The position numbers and the translations under genes were made by a program. DNA of 64,000 nt from Limnohabitans sp. GTDB taxonomy: Bacteria > Pseudomonadota > Gammaproteobacteria > Burkholderiales > Burkholderiaceae_C. The notes under the pieces are model-generated. The model saw nothing but the letters and a program-made list of their open reading frames with translations. It made no database searches and had not been told where the DNA came from. The DNA is taken from assembly GCF_040401135.1 (NCBI RefSeq), contig NZ_JBBAOV010000005.1, forward strand, positions 12,800-76,799, in the 5' to 3' direction. Shown piece after piece: positions 22,403 through 33,363 of this stretch (its first letter is position 1; the number at the start of each line of letters is the position of its first letter).

Positions 22403-24316
22403 TTGAATAATCAATGGTTCTCAAAAGTCGCTGTTTGGTTGGTCATCGCTTTGGTGATGTTTACCGTGTTTAAACAATTTGAAACACGTCCAGGCGGGGG
22501 GTCGGGCTACCTGGGGTATTCAGACTTCCTTGAAGAAGTTCGTGCTAAGCGCATTAAAACCGCGACCATTCAAGAAGGTCAGGGCGGCACAGAGATTAGT
22601 GCTGTTACCAACGACGAGCGAAAAATTCGCACAACGGCTACGTACCTCGACCGCGGCTTGGTCGGCGACCTCATTGCCAACGGCGTGAAGTTTGATGTGA
22701 AGCCCAGAGAAGAAGGTTCGCTCCTGATGACCCTCCTGGTCAGCTGGGGGCCCATGTTGTTGCTGATTGGTGTTTGGGTGTACTTCATGCGCCAGATGCA
22801 AGGCGGCGGCAAAGGTGGGGCTTTTAGTTTCGGCAAAAGCAAAGCCCGCATGCTGGACGAAAACAACAACCAAGTAACGTTTGCTGACGTCGCGGGTTGC
22901 GACGAAGCCAAAGAAGAAGTGAAAGAGGTGGTCGACTTTTTGAAAGACCCACAACGCTTCCAAAAACTGGGTGGCCGTATCCCTCGCGGGTTGCTGTTGG
23001 TTGGCCCTCCTGGTACTGGTAAAACACTGCTGGCTAAAGGTATTGCAGGCGAAGCAAAGGTGCCGTTCTTCAGCATCTCGGGTTCAGACTTTGTTGAAAT
23101 GTTTGTGGGCGTAGGCGCTGCCCGCGTGCGCGATATGTTTGAGAACGCCAAAAAGAATGCACCTTGCATCATTTTTATTGACGAAATTGATGCCGTGGGT
23201 CGTCAACGTGGTGCGGGTGTGGGCGGCGGTAACGACGAGCGTGAACAAACCTTGAACCAAATGTTGGTCGAGATGGACGGCTTTGAAACCAATCTTGGTG
23301 TCATCGTCGTAGCTGCTACCAACCGACCAGACATTTTGGATGCTGCTTTGTTGCGCCCCGGTCGTTTTGACCGTCAGGTGTATGTGACATTGCCCGACAT
23401 CCGTGGACGCGAACAAATTTTGAACGTGCACATGCGTAAAGTGCCAATTGGCCAAGACGTCAATGCCAGCGTGATTGCACGCGGCACGCCCGGCATGAGC
23501 GGTGCTGATTTGGCCAACTTGTGCAATGAGGCCGCCTTGATGGCTGCACGCCGTAATGCGCGCGTGGTAGAGATGGTCGACTTCGAAAAAGCCAAAGACA
23601 AGATCTTGATGGGGCCAGAACGCAAGAGCATGGTGATGCCCGAAGAAGAGCGTCGTAACACGGCGTATCACGAATCTGGCCACGCATTGATTGGCAAGTT
23701 GTTGCCCAAATGCGACCCTGTGCACAAGGTGACCATCATCCCCCGCGGTCGCGCTCTGGGTGTGACCATGAGCTTGCCCGAAAAAGATCGTTACAGCTAT
23801 GACAAAGAATTCATGTTGAACCAAATCAGCATGTTGTTTGGTGGTCGTATTGCAGAAGAAGTGTTCATGAACCAAATGACCACGGGCGCAAGCAACGACT
23901 TTGAGCGTGCCACTTCGATTGCCCGTGATATGGTGATGCGCTACGGCATGACCGAGGCCTTGGGGCCCATGGTTTATGCTGAAAATGAAGGTGAAGTATT
24001 TTTGGGCCGCTCGGTGACCAAAACTACTAATATGTCCGAAGCTACCATGCAAAAGGTGGACATGGAAGTGCGCAGGATCATCGACTCCCAATACACTTTG
24101 GCGCGTCGTCTGATAGAAGAAAATTCAGACAAAATGCACGCGATGGCTAAAGCTTTGCTCGAATGGGAAACCATCGATAAAGACCAAATCGACGACATCA
24201 TGGCGGGCCGCGAGCCTCGTCCACCAAAAGACTGGACCCCACGCACCCCAACGGGCGGAGATAGCAGTGGCGGTGCACCAGCAGTGCAGCCAGATCCAGC
24301 ACCCACTGCTGCTTAA
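22403..24316 (+). CDS. ftsH: ATP-dependent zinc metalloprotease FtsH
   Basis: 637 aa. Walker [12 protein letters not shown] region, HESGHA zinc site. Confidence 0.97.
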   Translation: MNNQWFSKVAVWLVIALVMFTVFKQFETRPGGGSGYLGYSDFLEEVRAKRIKTATIQEGQGGTEISAVTNDERKIRTTATYLDRGLVGDLIANGVKFDVKPREEGSLLMTLLVSWGPMLLLIGVWVYFMRQMQGGGKGGAFSFGKSKARMLDENNNQVTFADVAGCDEAKEEVKEVVDFLKDPQRFQKLGGRIPRGLLLVGPPGTGKTLLAKGIAGEAKVPFFSISGSDFVEMFVGVGAARVRDMFENAKKNAPCIIFIDEIDAVGRQRGAGVGGGNDEREQTLNQMLVEMDGFETNLGVIVVAATNRPDILDAALLRPGRFDRQVYVTLPDIRGREQILNVHMRKVPIGQDVNASVIARGTPGMSGADLANLCNEAALMAARRNARVVEMVDFEKAKDKILMGPERKSMVMPEEERRNTAYHESGHALIGKLLPKCDPVHKVTIIPRGRALGVTMSLPEKDRYSYDKEFMLNQISMLFGGRIAEEVFMNQMTTGASNDFERATSIARDMVMRYGMTEALGPMVYAENEGEVFLGRSVTKTTNMSEATMQKVDMEVRRIIDSQYTLARRLIEENSDKMHAMAKALLEWETIDKDQIDDIMAGREPRPPKDWTPRTPTGGDSSGGAPAVQPDPAPTAA

Positions 24317-24340
24317 AGCAATTTGTGACTGACAAAGAGA

Positions 24341-24361
24341 CGGGGCGAAAGCCCCGTTTTT
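24341..24361 (+). terminator. Hairpin plus T-run after ftsH (probable attenuator, since folP starts 13 nt later)
   Basis: CGGGGC-gaaa-GCCCCG followed by TTTTT. Confidence 0.45.
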
Positions 24362-24373
24362 CATGGAGCATTT

Positions 24374-25198
24374 ATGTTTTGGCAAACCACGCGTTTTTAC
24401 ATAGACCTCAGCCAGCCGCAGGTTATGGGAATAGTCAATGTCACACCTGACTCGTTCACAGACGGCGGCCAACATGCCAGCACACGCACAGCTTTGGCGC
24501 ACTGCGAACAACTGCTCAAAGAGGGGGCGCACATGTTGGACATTGGCGGGGAGTCCACCCGTCCTGGTGCAATTGCTGTGTCGCTGGAAGAAGAGTTGGC
24601 GCGTGTGCTGCCCGTGGTGCGTGAAGCTGTGCGTTTAAATGTGCCTATCTCTGTTGATACCTACAAGGCGGGCGTGATGCAAGCGGTACTTGATGCAGGT
24701 GCTGACATCATCAACGATGTATGGGCCTTGCGTCAAACCGGTGCGCAGCAAATAGTGGCAGCGCATGCCAACTGCGGTGTGTGCTTGATGCACATGCATG
24801 GTGAGCCCCAAACGATGCAGACTATGACGATGCAGGGCAGTTCAATTCTGCCGGTGTCGGACTTCTTGAAAAATCATGCGCAATGCTTGCAAAACATGGG
24901 CGTGGCACAGAACCGTATCGCACTCGACCCCGGCGTGGGTTTTGGCAAAACTGTGGCGCAAAATTTTGAATTGCTGACGCACCAAGACCAGTTACTGGCC
25001 TTGGGATACCCCTTGCTAGTAGGCTGGTCACGTAAGTCATCTGTCGGTGCAGTGTCCGGTTGCGAGGTGGGCGACCGCATGGTGCCCAGCGTGGCCGCTG
25101 CGGTGTTGGCTGTCGAGCGTGGCGCGCGCCTTGTGCGTGTGCACGATGTGGCGCCAACTGTGCAGGCACTAAAAGTGTGGCAAGCTGCGCGAGCCTGA
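24374..25198 (+). CDS. folP: Dihydropteroate synthase
   Basis: 274 aa. MGIVNVTPDSFTDGG and DIGGESTRPG motifs. Confidence 0.93.
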   Translation: MFWQTTRFYIDLSQPQVMGIVNVTPDSFTDGGQHASTRTALAHCEQLLKEGAHMLDIGGESTRPGAIAVSLEEELARVLPVVREAVRLNVPISVDTYKAGVMQAVLDAGADIINDVWALRQTGAQQIVAAHANCGVCLMHMHGEPQTMQTMTMQGSSILPVSDFLKNHAQCLQNMGVAQNRIALDPGVGFGKTVAQNFELLTHQDQLLALGYPLLVGWSRKSSVGAVSGCEVGDRMVPSVAAAVLAVERGARLVRVHDVAPTVQALKVWQAARA

Positions 25199-25248
25199 GA
25201 TAATGGTTTTAAATCGATAACAAATAGAACAGACCGAAGGCTCCAGAG

Positions 25249-26580
25249 ATGACACGCAAATATTTCGGTACAGACGGCATTCGCGGTACCGTGGGCCAAG
25301 CGCCCATCACCCCAGACTTTGTGCTGCGTTTGGCGCATGCGGTGGGTCGTGTGCTCAAGCAAACCGAAGCCCGCCCAACGGTGCTGATTGGCAAAGACAC
25401 CCGAATCTCAGGTTATATGTTGGAGTCGGCGCTTGAGTCTGGTTTTAACTCAGCTGGTGTCAATGTGCTGCTGCTCGGGCCCTTGCCCACGCCCGGCGTG
25501 GCCTTCCTCACCAGCGCGCAACGTGCGAGCCTTGGCGTTGTCATCAGCGCCAGTCATAACCCATTTGCGGACAACGGCATCAAGTTCTTCAGCGCTCAAG
25601 GCAAGAAGCTCAGTGAGGCTTGGGAGAAGGAGGTAGAAGCTGCTTTGGACCAAGAGCCTGTATGGGCAGACTCAGCCAACCTCGGCAAAACCAAACGTTT
25701 GGACGATGCCGCAGGCCGCTACATTGAGTTTTGCAAAAGTACTTTCTCGAATGACCTCACACTCAAAGGCTTGAAAATTGTGGTGGATGCCGCTCACGGT
25801 GCTGCGTATCACATTGCGCCCAAAGTGTTCCACGAGTTGGGGGCTGAGGTCATTGCCATTGGATGCAGCCCTGACGGGTTGAACATCAACCACGAAGTGG
25901 GTGCAACGCATCCAGATGCTTTGGTGCGTGCCGTCAAATCCAACCATGCTGATTTTGGCATTGCGCTCGATGGTGATGCAGACCGTTTGCAAATGGTGGA
26001 TGCACACGGACGCCTTTACAACGGCGACGAACTACTGTATTTGATGGCGGACGACCGTCTGGCCAATGACGAAGTGTTGCCCGGCGTAGTCGGCACCCTG
26101 ATGACCAACATGGCGGTAGAGGTGGCCTTGCAAAAACGGGGTGTGCAGTTTGTGCGTGCGAAGGTGGGCGACCGTTATGTACTGGAAGAACTCGCCAAAC
26201 ATCAATGGATTTTGGGTGGTGAGGGCTCGGGTCATTTACTGGCCTTGGATAAGCACACTACGGGTGACGGATTGGTCAGCGCTTTGCAAATTTTACAAAC
26301 CTGCGTGCGCAGTGGTAAAGCGATGGCTGAACTGCTCAAAGACGTGACACTGTTTCCACAAACCTTACTTAACGTGCGTTTGCGTCCGGGCCAAGACTGG
26401 CAATCAAATATCCGCATGAAAGAAGCTGTGCAAATGGCTGAGGCCGAGTTGGGTGACACAGGCCGTGTGCTGATTCGCGCCAGCGGTACCGAGCCATTGG
26501 TGCGCGTGATGGTGGAGGCCCGCGATGAAGCGCAGGCCAAGGCTTGCGCCCAGCGCATTGCCGATACTTTGTCAGCGTAA
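25249..26580 (+). CDS. glmM: Phosphoglucosamine mutase
   Basis: 443 aa. [10 protein letters not shown]-terminus and [15 protein letters not shown] phosphoserine loop. Confidence 0.95.
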   Translation: MTRKYFGTDGIRGTVGQAPITPDFVLRLAHAVGRVLKQTEARPTVLIGKDTRISGYMLESALESGFNSAGVNVLLLGPLPTPGVAFLTSAQRASLGVVISASHNPFADNGIKFFSAQGKKLSEAWEKEVEAALDQEPVWADSANLGKTKRLDDAAGRYIEFCKSTFSNDLTLKGLKIVVDAAHGAAYHIAPKVFHELGAEVIAIGCSPDGLNINHEVGATHPDALVRAVKSNHADFGIALDGDADRLQMVDAHGRLYNGDELLYLMADDRLANDEVLPGVVGTLMTNMAVEVALQKRGVQFVRAKVGDRYVLEELAKHQWILGGEGSGHLLALDKHTTGDGLVSALQILQTCVRSGKAMAELLKDVTLFPQTLLNVRLRPGQDWQSNIRMKEAVQMAEAELGDTGRVLIRASGTEPLVRVMVEARDEAQAKACAQRIADTLSA

Positions 26581-27936
26581 TGGGTGGCGATACGCTGCCC
26601 GCCACAGCACAGGTAATAAAACGCCCGCTGTAATGTACAAAGCCAAGCTGCCTGTTTGCCAAAAAGTCAATGGCGATTGCGGCGTGAGCCACGTCAAACC
26701 AGGCACATCAAAGCTCGCGCCATACGCCACCGCGTACCCACCAGCTAAACCCAAGCCCCACAGCGATAGGGTGTAAGTAATGAGCGGCAACACTGTGATG
26801 CCGTAGCAGCGTAGGGTGAACACGCAAAACACTTGCACGGCATCTGCCAAGTGATAGAGCATCAACCATAGCAACAAGTTTCCAGCCAGCACGGCGACGT
26901 CAGGTGATTGGGTGTAAAGCTGGGCAATGGTTTGGTGTTGCCAGCCCATCAAAGCTGCCAAGCTCAAGCTCATCAGCAGGACCAAGCTCAAACCCGTTCG
27001 CAATGACTGACGAGCGCGGTGAATTTGGCCTGCACCCATCCAATAACTCACGCGCGAACTGCTGGCTATCGAGAGCGACAAAGGAATCATGTAGAGCACC
27101 GCTGCCATGTTGGCTGCGATTTGGTGGCTGGCTGTGGCCACCACGCCCAAACGTGCGATGAATAGTGACATAAGGGTGAACGAGGTGACCTCAACGCCAA
27201 TTGCTAAACCGCTAGGCAGACCCAAACGTAGGAAGTGAAGCAGGATGACTGCATTGGGTTTTTCCATCGGCGCCCAGATGCGGTAGGGCGTGTAAAAGTC
27301 TTGTCTGCGAAGCAACCACAGCGCTAAGGAAATCATCATCAACGTGACAGCCAATGTGGCCCATGCACATCCAGCCAAGCCCATGGGCTGAAGAAAACCC
27401 GGAATACCCAAAACCAAAATGATGGACAGTGGAATTTTGACAATTAAGGCACCCACTTGGACCCACGTCACCAACTTAGGCTTCCCCAAACTTTGGTTCA
27501 GTGTGCCGTACAACCGAAACAGCAAGGACGCAGGCAGACCCAAGGCCACAATCGTGAGGTAGGAACGCACGTCTGCTTGTAAATCAAGCGGCACTTGCGT
27601 CCAGTTGAGCAGTGGGCCGGGGCAAAGTAGCGCCCACATACCCAGGATAGAGGTGATCGCACACAGGTACAAGGCCTGTCGCACTGAGGGGCCCACTTCT
27701 GCATGGCGTTGCGCACCTTGCAACTCAGCCCATACAGGTAACAAGGCTTGCAGTATGCCCATGAGCGATATATGCACCGTGACATAAGTGGCTGAAGCAA
27801 CGGCCAATGCTGCGAGCGCCGTATCAGCAAAGTGGCCTGCAACCAGTGTGTCGGTGATGCCGAAAGCCATGACGGCCAATTGTCCGACCACTACCGTACC
27901 GGCGTGCCGAATGATGGTGGACCGTTCGCTACTCAT
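26572..27936 (-). CDS. MATE-family efflux transporter (MOP superfamily)
   Basis: 454 aa, about 12 hydrophobic segments, NorM/DinF-like N-terminus ([18 protein letters not shown]). Starts 7 nt after the upstream GT-C gene stop. Confidence 0.85.
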   Translation of the reverse strand: MSSERSTIIRHAGTVVVGQLAVMAFGITDTLVAGHFADTALAALAVASATYVTVHISLMGILQALLPVWAELQGAQRHAEVGPSVRQALYLCAITSILGMWALLCPGPLLNWTQVPLDLQADVRSYLTIVALGLPASLLFRLYGTLNQSLGKPKLVTWVQVGALIVKIPLSIILVLGIPGFLQPMGLAGCAWATLAVTLMMISLALWLLRRQDFYTPYRIWAPMEKPNAVILLHFLRLGLPSGLAIGVEVTSFTLMSLFIARLGVVATASHQIAANMAAVLYMIPLSLSIASSSRVSYWMGAGQIHRARQSLRTGLSLVLLMSLSLAALMGWQHQTIAQLYTQSPDVAVLAGNLLLWLMLYHLADAVQVFCVFTLRCYGITVLPLITYTLSLWGLGLAGGYAVAYGASFDVPGLTWLTPQSPLTFWQTGSLALYITAGVLLPVLWRAAYRHPLR

Positions 27937-27943
27937 CGTTGGC

Positions 27944-29674
27944 TCAAGGTTGACGACGGTGATACAGCGTCACGTTTTCTTTTTTATCTGCCGGTCGATA
28001 AATGCTGCGCACGCGGGTCCATTCATTTAAACGCACCACTTGTGCAAGCTCTGGGCGTAAATCGTTGTCAACGACGAGCCAGGGGCAACCGCGTTGTTGT
28101 TCGGCACTTGCCATGTCGACAGGTTTTACATCAAAACCACCGTGGTAGTGGAATGCCGTCATTTGGCTGGTATTTAAACCGTAACTGAGCAAACACACAT
28201 CGCGTGTTTTCCCAGCATCTTGTTTGGCCATGACGCTTTGAATTTGTTGCACCCAAGGTTTGTAGCTGAAAGCGAAATCTAAAAGTGGCAGCCACAGCGT
28301 CAGCAACAGCAGCCAGCAAAGGGCAGCACCGCCAGCAGGCAACACCAAACTTTTCCATAAGGCATGACGATTTTTTGCTGAGCGCCAAACCACCAGCCAG
28401 CCCCAAACTGCTGTGGCAGCCAATGCCACTAGAAAAGCAAGCCAACCAAAACTAGGCTCAAAGCCTGGCGCTAATCGTGCCACATTCTTTGCAGGTGTTG
28501 CCGGCCAGCCTGTTTGCATCGCGATCCAAATGATCCAAATGATCAGCGCTGAGCCTGAGAAAAACAGCAACGTGAACCAGTCAATCAAAGCCGCCACACT
28601 GCGTCGCAATGTAGGCAGTGCAAAGGCTGCAAGCGTGGCAAATGCTGGAAGTGCCAACAATAAAGTTCGGCTGGATGATTGCGTCAACAGTGCCGTGCTG
28701 ACGGTGAGCGCGGTGAACCACATGGGCAGTACCAAGTGGCGACTCCAGTGTAGCGAGGCCCATTGACGACGCCATCGCCAAAGTGTCCATAAAGTCAAGG
28801 GCCATGCAGGCCAAGTGAACCAGACCAACAAACGCAACAAGTTGCGCCACGCTTGCGGATCGTCATGCAAGGGCAGCAAACGCCAGTGCCAAATATCCAA
28901 GACGTAAGCCAATGCCGCGACAAGCATGCCCACGACCAAAAGCCAAAGCGCGTGTGAACGTGCCGTTTGTATGGATGTACTTTGTCGATCCAACAAGCAC
29001 AAAAGCCCACTGCCCACAGCCATTAACACAGCAAAACTGGGAGCGCCACTCAGGCACAGTCCCAACAGGCCGATAGTCACTGCAGTCAAGCTGTATCGGG
29101 GGTGATAGGGCAGTGCCGCCACGCCGTAAAACACAATGCTAACCAGCGCCAGTTGCATCAAGACGGGGCTCACCTCATGCGACAAAAGGGCCAATCCCAG
29201 GCAAGCAATGAGGGCCAGCACAGCGCCATCCGCAATGGTGCGGGCATAGTCTTTGGGCTTGGCTTCACCCCCGAATGCAAACGGAACAGGCTGCGCCTGT
29301 GGGCTCAACGCCAAGTAGTAAACGCCGTGCCAAGTGCTGGCTAAGGTGAGGGCTAATAGCATCGCAAACGGAATTCGCACGGCCAAGCCTGCTGAGATCC
29401 AAGGGGGTGCTATTTGGATAGCCCATGCGCCTAGCCAATAAGGAAGCAGGGCATCAAGTTCGGGTAAGTTTCCCCAAATGCTTGGGTTCAGCCAACCGCT
29501 GGAACCTTCAGCGATTGCCAACATGTAGCTGAATGTGTTGAACTCATTGCCCTTCCAAGGTTCACGCCCAAACAAGCCGGGCAAGACATAGGCAGCGCAA
29601 AACAGCCAAAGCGCGATTCGCGGCAAACGGCGTACTGCACTTTGAGGAACGATGGCGGGAGTGGGTTGGGTCAC
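27944..29674 (-). CDS. Polytopic GT-C fold / ArnT-PMT-like (GT39-type) membrane protein
   Basis: 576 aa with many TM segments. The N-terminal LPGLFGREPWKGNEFNTF resembles the first periplasmic loop of COG1807-type glycosyltransferases, but reads NE where I expect DE. Family call is from recall, not a search. Confidence 0.55.
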   Translation of the reverse strand: MTQPTPAIVPQSAVRRLPRIALWLFCAAYVLPGLFGREPWKGNEFNTFSYMLAIAEGSSGWLNPSIWGNLPELDALLPYWLGAWAIQIAPPWISAGLAVRIPFAMLLALTLASTWHGVYYLALSPQAQPVPFAFGGEAKPKDYARTIADGAVLALIACLGLALLSHEVSPVLMQLALVSIVFYGVAALPYHPRYSLTAVTIGLLGLCLSGAPSFAVLMAVGSGLLCLLDRQSTSIQTARSHALWLLVVGMLVAALAYVLDIWHWRLLPLHDDPQAWRNLLRLLVWFTWPAWPLTLWTLWRWRRQWASLHWSRHLVLPMWFTALTVSTALLTQSSSRTLLLALPAFATLAAFALPTLRRSVAALIDWFTLLFFSGSALIIWIIWIAMQTGWPATPAKNVARLAPGFEPSFGWLAFLVALAATAVWGWLVVWRSAKNRHALWKSLVLPAGGAALCWLLLLTLWLPLLDFAFSYKPWVQQIQSVMAKQDAGKTRDVCLLSYGLNTSQMTAFHYHGGFDVKPVDMASAEQQRGCPWLVVDNDLRPELAQVVRLNEWTRVRSIYRPADKKENVTLYHRRQP

Positions 29675-29680
29675 GTTTTT

Positions 29681-29717
29681 TTAAATAAAAAAGGCAGCGC
29701 GGAGAGCCGGGCTGCCT
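29681..29717 (-). terminator. Intrinsic terminator of rpmE2
   Basis: On the minus strand, a GGCAGC...GCTGCC stem (with inner CGG/CCG pairs) is followed by TTTTTTATTT. Confidence 0.6.
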
Positions 29718-29738
29718 AGTTTGAAGTGAACGCAGGGT

Positions 29739-29996
29739 TTACTTGGCGATGGTCTTGCCGTACTTGTTGCGGAAGCGCTCGACGCGGCCACCCATGTTGT
29801 CAACAGACTTTTGTGTACCTGTGTAGAAGGGGTGTGACTCGCTGGTGGTATCCAGCTTGTACAACGGCAAATCGCGGCCGTCTTCCATCTTGATCATTTC
29901 TTTTGTGCTGGCGCATGAACGCGTCACAAATTTGAAACCGTTAGACATATCCATGAAACAGATTTCACGGTAGTTGGGGTGAATGCCTTCTTTCAT
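29739..29996 (-). CDS. rpmE2: 50S ribosomal protein L31 type B (non-zinc form)
   Basis: Trimmed to ATG 29996 (AAGGAAA 5 nt upstream). [16 protein letters not shown]...HPFYTG lacks the CxxC pair of type A. Confidence 0.9.
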   Translation of the reverse strand: MKEGIHPNYREICFMDMSNGFKFVTRSCASTKEMIKMEDGRDLPLYKLDTTSESHPFYTGTQKSVDNMGGRVERFRNKYGKTIAK

Positions 29997-30087
29997 CGCT
30001 TTTCCTTGAGCAGCTGCGGTAGCCATGCCGACCTATTTCGACACACTTTCCGCAAAACACGTCATTATGTCATGAAAGCGTGGCCTT

Positions 30088-31017
30088 TCAGCGTAACACG
30101 CCTAGGGCAAATGGCAGGCTGAACACGCCCAAAACGGTGGAAAGTGTGACCATAGCCGCAACAAATGGGCCGTTGTAGCCCATGCGGGCCGCTAACACGT
30201 AGCAGCTAGAGGCGGTAGGTAAGGCCGAAAATGCCAGCAGTACGCTGGTTTGTGTGTTGTCGAGCGCGAACGTGCGGGCTAATCCGTAAGCTATTAGCGG
30301 TGTGATGAGGTGACGGATGGTTAAGAGTGACACGGCCAAAGCCTTGCCCTTCAATAAATGACCAAACTCCATGCCCGCCCCTGCTGCCATCAGTCCTAAG
30401 GCCAGCGAAGCAGCGCCTATGCGTTGCAAGGTGGGCTCGGCCCAGCTGGGAATGTGCAGGCCTGCCGTGTTGGCAAGCAAGCCAAAGACCGTGGCCACAA
30501 TGAGTGGGTTGCGAACCAACTCCCTGCCAAAGTTGCGCTCCGAATGACGGGCCATGGGCCACACAGCAGCTACATTGAACATGGGGACGCACACGCCAAT
30601 CAGCACTGCAATTAGCAGTAAGGCCTGTGGTCCTGCAATGCGTTCGGCCAATGCCAAGGCTATAAACGAGTTAAAGCGAAACGCCACCTGAGCGCTGGCT
30701 GCATGCAAGCGCGTATCAATGTGTTGCCGCAAAAATGGCAGCTTGGGCAGCACATAAGACAAGCCAATGCTGCTTAAGCCCAGCAGTAAACCCGCCATGA
30801 TGAGGTGTGACGCCGCTTGCAAATCCAAAGGCGTACGCACAATGGAGTGAAACAACAGGACGGGGAACAAGAAGAAATAAACCAAGCTCTCAACCTGCTC
30901 CCAGACCTTGCGGTTGAGGGCGGTGTATCTACAAACGAGGTAACCACACAAGATGAGAGAAAAGTCGGGGAGGAGCAGTTGAACGTAATTCACCTTGAGA
31001 GAATAACCGCTGTTCAA
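30088..31017 (-). CDS. AEC (auxin efflux carrier) family transporter
   Basis: 309 aa, about 10 TM segments, Mem_trans-like sequence. Start uncertain. Confidence 0.8.
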   Translation of the reverse strand: MNSGYSLKVNYVQLLLPDFSLILCGYLVCRYTALNRKVWEQVESLVYFFLFPVLLFHSIVRTPLDLQAASHLIMAGLLLGLSSIGLSYVLPKLPFLRQHIDTRLHAASAQVAFRFNSFIALALAERIAGPQALLLIAVLIGVCVPMFNVAAVWPMARHSERNFGRELVRNPLIVATVFGLLANTAGLHIPSWAEPTLQRIGAASLALGLMAAGAGMEFGHLLKGKALAVSLLTIRHLITPLIAYGLARTFALDNTQTSVLLAFSALPTASSCYVLAARMGYNGPFVAAMVTLSTVLGVFSLPFALGVLR

Positions 31018-31057
31018 AGCTTGCGTGCTTCACCAAGCGTTTACGATTGACGCTCGC

Positions 31058-31984
31058 ATGACACATCCCACCCCAATTCAAGTTGCAGCGCCCGATGCCA
31101 ACATCGACATCTTCATTGATGCACTGTGGCTTGAGCACGGTTTGGCGCCCAATAGTTTGGCGGCTTACCGGCGTGACTTAAATTTGCTGTCTGGATGGTT
31201 GAACGCACAAGGCACGCATTTATTGGCGGCACAAGAGTCAGACCTGCAGCAGTATTTTGCACACCGCCATGCCGTGACCAAAGCCACCAGTGCCAACCGT
31301 CGCTTGACCGTGTTCAAGCGCTTTTTCCGCTGGGCTTTGCGTGAGCGTATGTTGGTAGCCGACCCCACGTTGAAGTTGCTCACGGCCAAGCAGCCCGTGC
31401 GTGCCCCTAAAAGTTTGACCGAGGCGCAAGTAGAAAGATTGATCAATGCGCCTGATGTATCCACTGGTTTAGGTATGCGCGACCGCGCCATGCTGGAGCT
31501 GATTTACGCCAGTGGCCTTCGCGTGAGTGAATTGGTAGACCTCAAAACTTTGCATGTGAGCTTGAGCGACGGCGTGTTGCGCATCATGGGTAAGGGCAGC
31601 AAAGAGCGCTTGGTGCCCTTTGGGGAGGTGGCTCGTGATTGGCTGCAGCGCTATTTAAGCGAGACGCGCCCGCTGCTTTTGGCCGGCCACCAAACTGAGG
31701 CTTTGTTTGTGACGGTACGCGGCAAAAATGCAGGTGAGGCTATGACGCGTGCCATGTTTTGGCAGATCATCAAACGCTATGCTTTGCAAGCCCAAATCCA
31801 TGAGCCGATTTCGCCGCACACTTTGCGCCATGCGTTTGCCACGCATTTGCTTAACCACGGGGCCGATTTGAGGGCGGTGCAAATGCTGCTGGGCCATGCT
31901 GATATTTCCACCACCACCATCTACACCCACATTGCCCGAGAGCGCTTGAAAAGTTTGCATGAGCAACACCACCCACGTGGCTGA
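31058..31984 (+). CDS. xerD: Site-specific tyrosine recombinase XerD
   Basis: Trimmed to ATG 31058. FIDALWLEHGLAPNSLAAYRRDL N-terminus, C-terminal HTLRHAFATHLL...LLGHADISTTTIYTH with catalytic Tyr. Confidence 0.9.
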   Translation: MTHPTPIQVAAPDANIDIFIDALWLEHGLAPNSLAAYRRDLNLLSGWLNAQGTHLLAAQESDLQQYFAHRHAVTKATSANRRLTVFKRFFRWALRERMLVADPTLKLLTAKQPVRAPKSLTEAQVERLINAPDVSTGLGMRDRAMLELIYASGLRVSELVDLKTLHVSLSDGVLRIMGKGSKERLVPFGEVARDWLQRYLSETRPLLLAGHQTEALFVTVRGKNAGEAMTRAMFWQIIKRYALQAQIHEPISPHTLRHAFATHLLNHGADLRAVQMLLGHADISTTTIYTHIARERLKSLHEQHHPRG

Positions 31985-31992
31985 GCCCGTCA

Positions 31993-32796
31993 TCAAACAC
32001 CGCGCAAATAACTCAACTCAGTGTCGGTAAAGCCCGCGCGCTTACGGGCTTCCTCATTAAAAGGTGGCCGCAGCTTGGGTGCCTCGTAGCGCTGCACCAA
32101 CTCGCCATAAAGCGACACGGGGTCGAGCCCGCGTTGCTCGCTTAGCCATCGGTACCAGTGGTTGCCTATGGCCACATGACCGACCTCTTCGCGCAGGATG
32201 ATGTCCAACAGTTCGACCGCTTGAAGAGCGGCTGGCGTCGCGGCTTTGCGCAGCTTGGTTTGAATCAAGGGCGTGGCGTCTAGGCCGCGAGCTTCGAGCG
32301 TGCGGGGTACCAGCGCCATGCGGGCCAGTACATCGTTGGCTGTTTTTTGGCACATGTGCCATAAACCATCGTGCGCATCAAAGTCACCATAGGCGTAGCC
32401 CATACTTTTGAGATGCGTGTGCAGCATCTCAAAGTGTTGCGACTCTTCATAGGCCACCCGCAGCCAGTCTGTGTAATAGGACAAGGGCATGTTGGGGAAG
32501 CGCCAAACCGCATCCAAGGCGAGGTTGATGGCGTTGAACTCGATGTGGCAAATCGCATGCATCAACGCGGCCAAGCCCTCTGGCGTAAAAGGCGTACGCG
32601 TGGGCACATCCTTGGCGGGAATCAAACGGGGCAGCGTTGGGCGGCCTGGCAGCGCTAGGTGAGGGCTGGGACTGATGTGCTCGCTGGCGTCTAAAGCGAC
32701 ATGGGTTTGCTGAGCCCACAGCGACTGCACCGCCTGAACTTTTGCATCAGGATGGCAGATGCACAAGGCATTGAGGGCTAAAGGGCGAAGGCTCAT
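31993..32796 (-). CDS. DUF455-like ferritin-fold (putative di-iron) protein
   Basis: Trimmed from 33015 to ATG 32796, because the extension overlaps the divergent gene at 32839. HAICHIEFNAINLALD and EEVGHVAIGNHWY resemble paired ExxH di-iron motifs. Confidence 0.7.
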   Translation of the reverse strand: MSLRPLALNALCICHPDAKVQAVQSLWAQQTHVALDASEHISPSPHLALPGRPTLPRLIPAKDVPTRTPFTPEGLAALMHAICHIEFNAINLALDAVWRFPNMPLSYYTDWLRVAYEESQHFEMLHTHLKSMGYAYGDFDAHDGLWHMCQKTANDVLARMALVPRTLEARGLDATPLIQTKLRKAATPAALQAVELLDIILREEVGHVAIGNHWYRWLSEQRGLDPVSLYGELVQRYEAPKLRPPFNEEARKRAGFTDTELSYLRGV

Positions 32797-32838
32797 ACTT
32801 ACAATTGTAGAAAACCAATACCCCCCCAGGAGACATTC

Positions 32839-33363
32839 ATGGCTATTTATCAACTCGACGCGCTCACGCCTCAGATGGCTGACTCGGCCTGGGTGGCCGA
32901 CAACGCCCAAGTGATGGGAGATGTGCACATGGCTGCTGACAGCAGCGTGTGGTTCAGTAGCGTGGTGCGGGGGGACTCGGCCACCATCTTCATTGGCGAA
33001 GGCACCAACATCCAAGATGGCAGCGTTTTACACGCCGATGTGGGTATGCCGCTCACCATCGGCAAGCACGTGACGGTGGGACACATGGTGCAGTTGCATG
33101 GTTGCACGGTGGGAGATGAGTCGCTGATTGGCATTGGTGCCATCGTGCTTAACGGCGCGAAGATAGGTAAAAATTGTTTGGTGGGTGCGGGCTCGCTTGT
33201 CACCGAGGGCAAAGAATTTCCAGACGGCTCGATGATTTTGGGTACTCCGGCGAAAGTGGTGCGTCAGCTCACTACAGAGCAAATGGAAGGTTTGCGCCGT
33301 AGCGCACAGCACTACGTGAATAACAAGAACCGCTTTAAAGCGGGATTAAAGAAGTTGGCTTGA
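32839..33363 (+). CDS. Gamma carbonic anhydrase-like / hexapeptide-repeat protein (YrdA/PaaY type)
   Basis: 174 aa. Left-handed beta-helix repeats with the His triad context (GDSATIFIGEGTNIQDGSVLHAD...VGHMVQLHGC). Confidence 0.85.
   Translation: MAIYQLDALTPQMADSAWVADNAQVMGDVHMAADSSVWFSSVVRGDSATIFIGEGTNIQDGSVLHADVGMPLTIGKHVTVGHMVQLHGCTVGDESLIGIGAIVLNGAKIGKNCLVGAGSLVTEGKEFPDGSMILGTPAKVVRQLTTEQMEGLRRSAQHYVNNKNRFKAGLKKLA

Noticed and set aside
23084-24091. 335-aa minus-strand ORF
   Set aside because: It is antisense to ftsH. Shadow ORF.
30058-30074. Imperfect 17-bp palindrome CACGTCATTATGTCATG upstream of rpmE2, considered as a Zur box because non-zinc L31 paralogs are often Zur-regulated
   Set aside because: Only 6 of 8 arm positions pair. 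The sequence does not resemble the GTTAT-N-ATAAC-type Zur consensus as I remember it. It cannot be supported without a genome-wide motif search.
31058-31984. Tyrosine recombinase as a possible marker of a mobile element
   Set aside because: The sequence is XerD-like along its full length (housekeeping chromosome dimer resolution). I saw no flanking repeats, phage genes or IS genes.
32797-33015. N-terminal extensions of longest-ORF calls. This one is the example. The same issue applies at 34980-35120, 39637-39822, 42119-42214, 41994-42137, 45570-45725, 47114-47230, 57032-57130 and 61294-61344.
   Set aside because: The extensions overlap neighbouring genes or run antisense to them. They precede internal ATGs that give canonical family N-termini, signal peptides or coupled ATGA junctions, so I trimmed the starts accordingly.
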